From: Acanthaster planci | Taxonomy: Eukaryota | DNA length: 64,000 nucleotides | NCBI RefSeq assembly: GCF_001949145.1 | Contig: NW_019091361.1 | Span: 2,775,825 to 2,839,824 of the forward strand | Direction of reading: 5' to 3' | In this document: in pieces, positions 27,801-39,800 of the stretch | How positions within the stretch are numbered: the first letter of the stretch is position 1 | Layout: every line of letters begins with the position of its first letter | Position numbers and translations under genes: made by a program | Notes under the pieces: model-generated | Database searches by the model: none | The model's input: the letters and a program-made list of their open reading frames with translations, nothing else | Told to the model about the DNA's origin: nothing

Positions 27801-30800
27801 AAGAAATAAAATGAAAACATTAGNNNNNNNNNNNNNNNNNNNNNNNNNNNNNNNNNNNNNNNNNNNNNNNNNNNNNNNNNNNNNNNNNNNNNNNNNNNNN
27901 NNNNNNNNNNNNNNNNNNNNNNNNNNNNNNNNNNNNNNNNNNNNNNNNNNNNNNNNNNNNNNNNNNNNNNNNNNNNNNNNNNNNNNNNNNNNNNNNNNNN
28001 NNNNNNNNNNNNNNNNNNNNNNNNNNNNNNNNNNNNNNNNNNNNNNNNNNNNNNNNNNNNNNNNNNNNNNNNNNNNNNNNNNNNNNNNNNNNNNNNNNNN
28101 NNNNNNNNNNNNNNNNNNNNNNNNNNNNNNNNNNNNNNNNNNNNNNNNNNNNNNNNNNNNNNNNNNNNNNNNNNNNNNNNNNNNNNNNNNNNNNNNNNNN
28201 NNNNNNNNNNNNNNNNNNNNNNNNNNNNNNNNNNNNNNNNNNNNNNNNNNNNNNNNNNNNNNNNNNNNNNNNNNNNNNNNNNNNNNNNNNNNNNNNNNNN
28301 NNNNNNNNNNNNNNNNNNNNNNNNNNNNNNNNNNNNNNNNNNNNNNNNNNNNNNNNNGATTTCATTGTTCATTGCAAAAAAAAAATCTGAACATTACTGT
28401 GTTGTATTTGAGTCAGTGGTTGAAGATTTGACTCGAACGGAGGTAATTTTGCCTTTTGCAACTGCGTGCATGCGTGGTAGCTAGATGCTCATTTTGTTAG
28501 GGTCTCGACTGGGAGACCCCAGACTATGGCATCCAAGACCAAGACCGGCGCTTTCAAGACTGAGACCGGCCCTCCCAAGACCGAGATTTGACAGGGCGAG
28601 ACCGAGACAGAGACTGGAAAAAAAGGTCTCGAGACCAGGTCTCAAGACCTGCAACACTGGTTGGAAGGCTGCCAGTTCTTAAGCCAAGTCCCAACTCTTT
28701 GGAGAAAAATGTTGCCCTTTAGTTTTATTATGTTTGTTCTGTTGGGTATGACGGTGTTTAGAATGTACTTGAGTCTATCCACACTAATGCATACATTTGC
28801 ATCCAACCGAAATCATCTCTCCCTTAAACAATGTTGAGAGTCAAGAAAGGAACTTTCACAATTTCACTGATATTTGTAGAGATAATTAATTTGTAACTGT
28901 AGAGATATACATGTAGTTTACACAATTTAGTAGGACTTGGTAGTTGCTAAATTAATCGNNNNNNNNNNNNNNNNNNNNNNNNNGCATCAATTTCATTGTT
29001 TATTGCAAAAAATCTGAACATTACTGTGTTGTATTTGAGTCAGTGGTTGAAGATTTGACTCGAACGGAGGTAATTTGGCCTTTTGCAACTGCATGCATGC
29101 ATGGTAGCTAGATGCGCATTTTGTCAGGGTCTCGACTGGTCTTGACTTGGAGACCCAAGACTATGGCATCCGAGACCAAGACCAAGACCGGCGCTTTCAA
29201 GACTGAGACCGGCCCTCCCAAGACCGAGACTTTGACAGGGCAAGACAGAGACAGAGACCGGAAAAAAGGTCTCTACTCTAGACAGTCTCGAGACCGAGAC
29301 CAGGTCTCAAGACCTGCAACACTGGTTGGAAAGCTGCCAGTTCTCAAGCCAAGTCCCAACTCTTTGGAGAAAAATGTTGCCCTTTAGTTGTATTATGTTT
29401 GTTCTGTTGGGTATGACGGTGTTTAGAATGTACTTGAGTCTGTCCACACTAATGCATACATTTGCATCCAACCGAAATCATCTCTCCCTTAAACACTGTT
29501 GAGAGTCAAGAAAGGAACTTTCACAATTTCACTGATATTTGTAGAGATAATTAATTTGTAACTGTAGAGATATACATGTAGTTTACACAATTTAATAGGA
29601 CTTGGTAGTTGCTAAATTAATCAGGATTTTCCTGAAAGTGTCCAGCTTATTTTAGGGGCACCGGTGGGACATGCACATAACCGTTTCAGCTCATGTTTTT
29701 CAGGTTGAAACACTACTATCATGGAGAAAAGCGTTTCATCTGTTAAAATAGAGGTACTACAGGTACAAGGTTAGGATTTGATGAGTGACACCGTTACCTT
29801 GTATTCATTAAATAAATTTCAGTGGTATACACTGGAATTGTTTTTCTGAGATTATGAAAGTCTCTCAAAGTAAACTAAAAAGACTGTTTAATACGCTGCA
29901 GGTCATGATCAATCACACATATACATTATATTTAGTATTATTCATATTTAAGAAACAAAGTGTCTGTCCATGTGACAAATGTTAAATCTTCAAGAATAAA
30001 CCTCTGTAACTTCTTCAATACTGCTTATTTTAGCTTTAACTTTCCGTGGTAACAATCAGAAACAGAGAAGACATGCATGTGTGTTAGCAAAAAAATGGCA
30101 AAATTTTACAGTTGGAAGTTTGTATTGATATTTCAGCGTGGACTGACCCACAAGCGTGGGAAGGTTTTGGTAGGTTTTTGACATGTAAGGAATATGATGG
30201 TCTCTGTGTACATGTACCGTACATGCAGCTGCAGTGTGCTTGCAGGTGGCGCTGTTGGTTATCCTGGTCAAAGCAAACACTTGATAATGCTCTTTGTATT
30301 TGAAAGTCACTTCATTGCCTTTGTTGGAGAGATTGTATTATCCTTGGATTGCGCCAATGTGTACATAATAAGAAAGAATGAACCTTTGACCATCTGGAAG
30401 TGTAGTGTCAACTCTTGGGATGGTGGTCATGGCTTATCCCTGAAGGGATTATACCCTGATCAAGCAGGAGAAACTTGAATTGTGACAAGAGTTCTTCCAG
30501 TAAACCCTGCTGTCGTCAGTGTGTCTACCGGCAACCTTCCTCACCGGAAACGCCCACTGCAGCAACCAATCTTACAAAATATGCTCAAACATCTGGATAG
30601 ATTTTTGAGGATGTGGGACGGCAAGGGCAGTCACCGTGTTCTGAATTACAATCTTGTTTCCATTGAACAGTTGTTTGCTTTGCAGTCTGTATTTCAAATG
30701 GTGAATCAGGATTTCATTTGGGGACGAAAAATCTACCTGTCAGAAGTTTAAAATTGCCTGTCCTCTCCCAGCAAAAATTTACGTTGCTGTCTGAGCCCGT

Positions 30801-33800
30801 GATTCCATTGTACTTGGTGTTTTAGAAGGAAATCAAAGATTCATTTGCAACTGTAAAAGGTTTCTGTTGTAGAGGGAGGTGGCTGCAACTTGCAAATATT
30901 GACCCAGTAATACCTTCCACGATCAAAACTGTCTTTGCCTGTCCTCGGGACAGGTGAACACATGGCAAGATGAGACACTGTGGTAATTTTTCAATAGATG
31001 AACGAAGAAATCGGCTGCAGCATGACTTGAACAGGCGACCTTTTGAACACTGCACTGGTGTTCTGCCAGCTGAGCTACCCAGCCCCACGTTGGTCTTTCT
31101 TTTCATTCGTCAATATCTTGGTTCAGGGGGATGCTGCTTTGATACATGTATCTGACTTGCTGCATTTCTTTTCGTCTCCTCAGGTACCGGCGGATGGAAA
31201 AGGATCTGGAAGCTGCCAACAAGCGCATCCAGGCCCTGGAGACATCCCTGGGTGAGAGGGACGGCCGCATCAGTGCCATGCTGCATGAGAAGAAGCAGCT
31301 GGACGATCTGGTCAACGAACTGAGGAAGAACCTGGCCAGCAAGGAGAAACAGCTACAGGCTGCTAAGAAGCAGGTGAGCTGGTTGCTAGAATACAGGGTC
31401 AGGGGTTGTTGGCTAGTAGTTTTCAAGAGAGATGCTTAAACCCATTTGGAGTTGGGGCTGCGCATTTTGGCAGTTTGTTCTTGTGTTGGTGAGGAGCTTT
31501 CTTGAATCCACCAGAGCTCGTCAGTGTTTAGGAAAGAAATTTCATATTCAGTGGTAAAGATTTTCAGTCCTATCCCTGCAAAATCTTTCAAATCTGGATG
31601 GAGTTTTAGGGATCTGGGAGGTCAGGCTTGAAAAGTGTTACTAGAGTGCATGTATTCAATTGTGGAGAACTGGTGCATACAGTAGACTGTAAAATCAGCC
31701 CTACTGCCCAGTTTCAACTTACTATTAATTGATAAGCCGTTGTACTAATGGTGTCACACCTAATGTGTGCACCCTCCTGTGGGAGCGAGGTGGGGTTGAT
31801 GGGTATTGAAGCATTAGAGGAAAACGTAGATTTCAAAAAGTAGGACGTCAACAGGATGACTGCTTATTAGGACTCGGCCACAAAGAGTTTGAGAGATTCC
31901 TGACTTGAATTCATGAATGGAATTCCACGTCTTGACAGGTTGAGGAGGAGACAGTGCTACGTGTTGACCTGGAGAACCGTATTCAGAGTCTGAGGGAGGA
32001 GCTGGACTTTAAGAAGCAGATGTACGATCAGGTAAGGTCTCCTAATGCGCTGGCTGCAGAACCTCTGGCCTGGAGTTTTGTGGAGCTCTTCATCAGAACA
32101 AGCTGGCTGCCCATTTGTACCAGGTTACTATACATTTACCATCAGGGAGCAGTGTGAAATGTCATTTGCCACATGCGAAAATGTGCATAAGGAGCGGTTG
32201 TCGGATTTCACTTATTTGCCAATAAATGGAGAGTTGTGTCTGAATTTCAGACTTTTGGGGATAGTTTGGGGTTAAAAAGGGGGCATTCGGAGTATCAGAA
32301 AGAAGGTGAGCACCAAATGAAGCAGATACTTGTTAGCCTGAGTTGGCCCTAAGCAACTTTGCATTGACAGGTGTACTTTGTTGTACTGGTGTTGTGCAGG
32401 AAGTTAAAGAGATCCGAAGCAAGTCCACCATTGATTTCACCGAGATTGACAACCAGGCCCGCAGCGAATACGAGAGCAAGCTGATCGAGAGTCTACAGGA
32501 GCTGAGGGAACAACATGAGGCCCAGACCCTGCAGCTGCGAGCAGAGACTGAATCCATGTTTGAGTCCAAGGTACCGTCCCTTAACTCTCCTGGGATATTT
32601 TTCCCTACCAGGAGCCTTCCTGAATCCTCCCAAGAATCCTCCACTGTGCTGGAAACTAACTTGACAGTCTGGGTTTTGGATTTCATGGGGCATCCAACCC
32701 TCCATGGGTCAAGTATTTAAACACCATGCTGGCAACAAGTAAGCGTGGAGGTCAGTGATCAGTGGCTGTCTGCATGTTTTGATTGGAAAAGCTTGCATTA
32801 CCCATGTACCTCTGAGATTTTTTGGTGATTGTTCAGACGTCTGAAAGGAAGTCTGTATGACATCATTTTGATTGGTGGAATACAAAAATATTACCAAATT
32901 ATTGGCACATTGGTGATAAATTTAGTGACTGAATTATGCATATGTCCCCATTGTGAGACTGGATCGTTCAGGGCAGGGGATTCTGCTCAGGTAAGGGAGA
33001 GATAAAAGAAACATCAGGGGTAAAACTGTGCACTCAGTCCTTAAGTTTAGTTTTTTATCTGTTCTCCTAATTTGAGAAAGTTGCTCTCACAAATACGGAT
33101 ATATTTGGTCAAACAGAGTCTAGATCAAGGCATCATGAAGCAACCACTGACGCAGTGTCATGCCGAGTGCATACCTGCTTGAACTCTTGGGTTATCACCG
33201 CTGCATCCTTTCTGTGAAATGAACCTTTCACTGTCGTTTTCACACAGGTGAGTGACTTGAAGGCCCTAGCCGAGCGCTACCGCAACGCCTCGGTGTCAAG
33301 CCAAGACGACCTGCGTATCATGCGTACTAAAGTGGACAACTTGCATTCAGAGCTGAACACCATCAAATCTCAGGTAAGGAGTTTTCTGCATGGTCCTCCT
33401 GACCTTTTTTTTTTAAGGTTTTCGGAAAGCACTCCAAGTAAAAGTTGTGCTTTAGAGAGGCGTACAGGAAAAACATTTTTCTCAAAATGTGGATTTTGAT
33501 TTGTGGTTTCAAGTTTCCCAACATACTGTTCAAAAGCAACATGAACTCAGTGCTTTTGAGAGCTTAAAAAATAAATTCATATCTAATGTGAGCCTTCTGT
33601 TTTTTTTTGTGCGTGCCCTGTCTCGGCTACATCTGCGTTGAGCAGGAACACCCCCTCATTGGTTGAAAAGAGCCATGTTGGTCGGGAGTATTCATTTTGT
33701 TGGTAGCAGTGTGACATTAATGCGTGCACTTCCAAGTCATTCGTGAAGCAGCGAAGTTCAGTTCCAAACAAAGGAGGCTCAGTTGCTAAGAAAATGGCAC

Positions 33801-36800
33801 CCTCTCTTGGTCCAGCTCGAGGCCCATAGCACCCATGGTTTGACTTTACAAATGCTAACCTTTGGTGGTCGCTTGTTCAAGATTTGTGTGATATTTCCTC
33901 CGGCATCATCACTTTTTAAACTCCAGGACAGTGTTGTGGAGTGACATGTACCACAGCAGCCACCCTTAGCCCACGGCTGCTTGAGTGTTCCACACATGCT
34001 TCCACACGGAGGTTTGAGCCTCTGTTTGTACAAAGTGGATGGGAATCACCCAAGCGTGGGGATGAGGGTGAACATATACACGCCACAAAGTCCTGCACAC
34101 TGGATTCGGCAGAACTTACTTAAAACATCCTCTTTGTTGTGATGTGAGAAATTCCTGCATGTTTACACATCTCTCGTGAAGTGGCTAATGTGTTTGTTCG
34201 ACATCTCTTCCTCTGTCTGACAGAATGATGCCCTGATCGCTCGCATCAAAGACCTAGAAGATCAGCTCAAGATAGAGCAGGACAACCATTACGAGGCCCT
34301 GAACGACCGCGACAAGGAGCTGCAGCAGTTGCGAGACGCCATGGCCAGCCAGATGCTGGAGTATGAAGAGCTCTTGAGCATCAAGCTGTCCTTGGATACT
34401 GAGATCGCCGCCTACCGCAAGCTATTGGAAGGAGAGGAGAGCAGGTCGGTACCTCCCTCACAGGCTCCCAGAGAGAAACATAAAGCGCATTGGTTTCTGG
34501 ATTATGGCTAAACTTATTCTGTAAACCTCTGTTGAATGTTGCTTGGTTTTTCTGCAGGTTGAAAATAACCCCGTCTCCACCGCGCAAGACCCAAATCAGC
34601 CAGCGCGTGTCTCGGGGAGTCAAGAGGCGTCGGATTGATGAGGAGGCCAGCACAGTTCAGAGCTCCACGACCACCGGCCTGGTAGCTATCATTGAGAGGG
34701 ATCTCAAGGGTGACTTCATTAAGCTTCAGAACACCTCTGACCAGGTTAGAACGTGTATTGCGCCCTTCATGCTATCACTGACATTACACAATAGCACAAA
34801 GTTTTACTTGTGTGCACGATTTCTGCCTAACTTTTTCAACCCGCCCATGAGTGCTGCACATGTTCTGCGGACATTTGAAATTGAAACTCATAATTTCCAC
34901 AGTTGGAAAAGGTTTTAGTTAGATACTGTAAAATTCCATAAATGTAAGCATGGCATAAATTTGTGTCAGATTGGTCACAGCATAATTCTCTGATTTGTGT
35001 ATTGGTAACATGCTTGCGTGTGCAATTTGTGAAAACCAAACTCCTTATGGTATGCGCTCATACCTGTGTGTCAGTTCTTGCAACCAGAATTGTTCATTAG
35101 ACAATTTTCATGAAGAGTTACGGTACCTGGCCAGAAGTTGGTATGTGGAGATGGTGACAGCACTATGGCCTGGCAAAACTACCGTATCCAGACATTCGTC
35201 TTAACACATTGTGCATAAAGAAGTATTTATTATGGCAACAAAATGTTTTTGTCCAAAACTGTTGGTTGCTCTGTTGCCATCGTACAGCTGAGACCAGTTG
35301 TACGGAATCCATGGATATTTAATCGATGCACACAGCATCGTCAAAAAATGCCGCAGGGGACCCTTTGGAAAAGTGCCAAGTTACCCCCAATCAAAGTGAC
35401 AAACAGTTGTTTGAAGGCTGGCTAATTTGAATGTGTCAACTCGTCTTGCTAAAGTTTCTAATGGTAAGCAAAATGAAGGTTATCAAAGCACTTGTAGCAA
35501 AATTGTGCGGACCTGTTCTTATACAGTATTATAAAACTGGGAAAAAAAACAAATCAAAGTACTTTGTTTCAAAACCTGCTGAAAACTAGATACCTGAAGA
35601 AGTTTAATTTCCTAAATATTCTACAGAGTTTTTGTAGAGAGAGCTACCTTTTGTACCAGATTTACTGAGTTAAAACCTTACTTTTGCTTTTTTGCTCCTC
35701 GTATTCTAAGGACCAAGCCTTAGGTGGCTGGACCCTCAAAAGTCAAGTGGACGGTGGGGATGAGCTCAACTACAAGTTCTCGGCCAAGTATGTCCTGAAG
35801 GCCAGCAAGGAGGTGACAGTGTGGGCCGCTGGCAGTGGCCATGGGCACAACCCGCCCTCTGACCTGGTCTTCAAGAACCAGAAGAGCTGGGGCATCGGGA
35901 AGGACGTTGTCAGCACACTGGTGGATGCCTCCGGGGAGGTGAGAGAGCCAGGGGGGAAGGGGGATTGGTCACGAGTGCAGTCACCCCCAGGGTGAAATTC
36001 CAGTGTTCTTTTTGAGTATTTTTGAAGGATGAACAATCATAGCTATGACTATCCCTTCTCTAGAGTGTGATGTCGAAATGTTGAAATGGGAAGTGTAGTG
36101 CAAACGTACATAGTGTGCGCACGTGGCAGTTCATGGTTCTTGCGCTAATGCCTTTTTACACACGTAATTGTGCGTGTGATGCATTCACTTCAGTGATAAT
36201 GCTTTCCTGTGCTTCCTGCCGGGATTCTGTTGACCGTGACTGCTGGGCTGCGGTATGCCCAGTATGCAAAGCCCTGTCCAGCAGCAGGCCCACACTGACC
36301 CAGCAGCTGCATGATGAATAGAATGAATAGTGATGGTGTGCACTAATCCTCACACAAAGCTGCGGCTTTCGCCGTCCACTGACGTTCAGGGATTAATGTT
36401 TGAATGGCTTATGGAAGTTTCACTCAGTGGAGTACCGACTCGGATATAAATTTTCACTCTTTCTCCAAATCAGTTTCCGCAATTTCTGCATTTTTGTCTT
36501 TGTTCAGGTGATGGCAACCCGCACTGTAAGCACTTCGTCAATCAGCTACAATGACGATTCACAGGAGGTGGGCAATGAAGAATTATTTCATCAGCAGGTT
36601 AGGGGGGCGTCTGCTAATAGGAAATCATTTTTACTTGTGGGCTAGGGGTATCTTTGGTGCTTAACCCAGTCCTTGGCACCTGGCAAATTGATAATTTTGG
36701 GGTTCCAGCTGTATACCCAGCATGAAATGAGACCGAGGGGTANNNNNNNNNNNNTGCGAGACAACACAAAGCAGGGGGGGTTCTCTCCGTCTCATACTTT

Positions 36801-39800
36801 GCTGCATATGTCCAGCTGGGTTTGATTTTACACAGTAGTTTCAAATCAGATAACAGCAATGCTCTGCTCCTTCAAAAGAACAATCAGTTGAGAATTTTAC
36901 CAGATGCACCACTTGCAGTAAAATCCCCAAACTCTGTTGTCTTTCTGTGGCCATCAATCTCCTTCAGAATTTCCAAATTTCATCTTGTTTGACTCAGTAG
37001 ATAAAGGACTGTGCAGGCCTTCAGGTGGGACTTGACGTCCATGTTCTGTTCTGACATAGAACCATTTGATTGTAGTTTCTGAATACCTGGTTAATTCCAG
37101 AAATAAGGGGTCCAAAAGTGTGACATTTTTGTGTTCCTGTTACATCCGACCTTTGTAATTTGACATGGAAATATCACCGGAAGAGATTTCAAACTAATAT
37201 TTGTTTGGCAGGTGATTTGCATTAATTCATCACTCTTGGAAATAGGAAAATGTGTTCTGAACTTGAAAAATCATATGTGACAGGGACATTAAAAAATGGA
37301 CCCCTAATTTCTGGAAATACCCAACTTCAAATTCAGACAGGCTCCCAGATATAATGTTGATGGGGTAAGGCCTTAGAGATAGTCATCTGTTGCCAATTCT
37401 TTCATTGATGCAGTTAAACACGTGCACATACGGGAAGCTTTCTTTTCCTTTGCTTAGCACTTAATCTGACCATTGAAGTTCATTTGCAATTGAGTACCGA
37501 AGTGTGACGTCACTGTGAACCAGAAAGTGCAGTGCAAACGAATGGAGTATGTGCGCGTGTTGATTCACGCGCTGGTTCTCGCACTAATGCCTTTTACACG
37601 TTAATGGTGCGCGTGACGTATTCACTTCGGTACTCTATACATTTTCAGCTTCGCCTGTCTACATGTGATGCGTGTTTTGTGACCGATTTAGCTGGTAGTC
37701 ATATTTGCAGCACATTGGCAGCTTCTCTCATGGTTCGCTTGCCTACTCCCATTCTGTGTTATAATTGTTATCCCTCCCCAAGCACTCCGTCTGTGTTGTT
37801 TGTCTTGTTTGTCATTCTCCAGTGTTGTAGTCGAGGCTGTTTCAGGTCCATGCAAGTCCGTCTTAAGTTATCCAATCTCAAGTTATCCAATCTCAAGTTA
37901 TCCAATCTCAAATTACCAATCTCAAGTTATCCAATCTCAAGTTATCCAATCTCAAATATCCAATCTCAAGTTATCCAATCTCAAATTACCAATCTCAAGT
38001 TATCCAATCTCAAGTTATCCAATCTCAAGTTATCCAATCTCAAGTTATCCAATCTCAAATTACCAATCTCAAGTTATCCCATCTCAAGTCATCCAATCTC
38101 AAGTTATCCAATCTCAAGTCACAACCCATGAAGATGACAAAGGCATTCCTTTGTTATTGTTCATCGTGCTATGTGACTGGCCTTTTGACTAAGGGAGCAA
38201 TTCAAAAGTCGGGAAAACCCCAGAAGAGTATTTGGGTAAAACCGAAGGAATCAGATATGGACTGAAAACCAAGCCCACACGTCAGCCTGGGAGGGATTGA
38301 GCCTGAGCCGCACAGGGGTAAGGCAAGGAAAATACGGTGACGTCAACGTGACCTCTTTGAATGACTTGTGATGGACTCTGATTGACACTCTAATGTCTTT
38401 TGACGGTTGTACTCAGATGCATATTTGGTGCCTCAAGCTGTACTGAGTTTTCCAGATTGATTTCCATATGCTCTTACAATACACGGGGGGGGGCATTAAA
38501 CAAAGTGTTAGCGTGGTGCACCTGTTTGACTTTTCTCTGAGGTGCACTTCCACCCATGCTTGACAGAGCACTGGACTACAATGCCGCTTGTTGTATGCCT
38601 CTCTCCTCTTTTGTCATTAGCGTTCTCCGTGTGAATGCATTGTCTGCTAAAAAGCCACCTTACCCTCGTCCCCTCTTATCTTTATTGCTTCAGACCCAGG
38701 TAGGTTCACCAGCCTTTCCCCCTGCCTTGTGCTGCATGCGCCACTAACTTCCTCTCAGATAAAGCCTGTGGCCTTCCTACATTGTCATCTGTGTTGAAAT
38801 AGTCCAAATTTACAGGAAGTACTTCACCGATGTTTTCTTTCTTTCCTTTGTGTGTGTTCTCATTTCACTGGTAACAGGGGATCATTATGAATTGTTTGAT
38901 TTGTCCTACCACCAACAGCTTTTCATGCATGTTCAACGACAGAGACACAAAATGTACAACAGAGATCCAGAATGTTCCAGCGTTTTGGTTAACCCTGAAA
39001 AATGCTTGAATCTTAAACAGTCCCAGAATGGACATTTTGACTTGTGCATGCTGAAACGAAGACAGTTTTTGTAGCTGAAAACTCTGCCAAGTGGTGGCAA
39101 AAGCATACCATGATAATGTTGTCTTTGATGGACAACACTGCTATTTAACAGCACGTTTTTGGAGGCAATCGGATTCCCACGGTAAAATTATTGCCTATAA
39201 AAGATTATTGTCCTCTGACAGTTATAATACAGCATATTCTATTGTTTATTAATTTTGCTTTCTCTGCAGTGCACCTCAATTGTAGACCCTTTTTCTTTTT
39301 GGATATACCTATGGTAGTTAAGCTATTCTCATTGGCTGTGTCTTGTGGACAGGGCCTTGAACAGTTGATAAAGTAACAGCCAGCTGAGCTGAAAGTTTTG
39401 GGCTTGAAAAATATAACCAGTGGAAGAAATATTCCTCTGCATTGAATTCATCAATAGACCAACTGAAAGGCCAGAAATGTTTGAATATCATCAGCTTACA
39501 TTTGAACAAAATACGGAATTAGTTCCATGTTTGCAGAATTGTCAAGTCCATCCGGACATTGCTGCAAATCCATCATGAGTCCAGCACAAGTCATGCAGTC
39601 TTCGGCCAAGTCACAAGCTATTCAAATGAACAGTGACATCGTTTACCCTATTACATGTTAATGATCTTGTGAAAAGACTTTTGAAGGGCTGATCTACAAC
39701 ACTGCATGCTCATACATTTTAGTAAATCTGAAGGTTTGCCTGCCACTTTCTGTGAGTGCAAACTGATCCTTTCAAGTCACCTTCAAGGTTTTATTCCCCC

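Noticed and set aside
27685..28431. Long ORFs of 181-248 aa in the ORF track
   Set aside because: Artefacts of translating N runs.
28358..29622. ~600-bp tandem duplication in lamin intron 1
   Set aside because: The near-identical copies abut assembly gaps on both sides; most likely two haplotypes assembled in tandem rather than a real duplication.
31017..31087. tRNA gene
   Set aside because: A/B-box-like motifs are present but the acceptor and T stems do not pair; treated as a SINE relic.
38694..38747. Alternative terminal exon [17 protein letters not shown]
   Set aside because: CMRH is a poor CaaX and a good donor follows after 6 nt, so the microexon reading is preferred.
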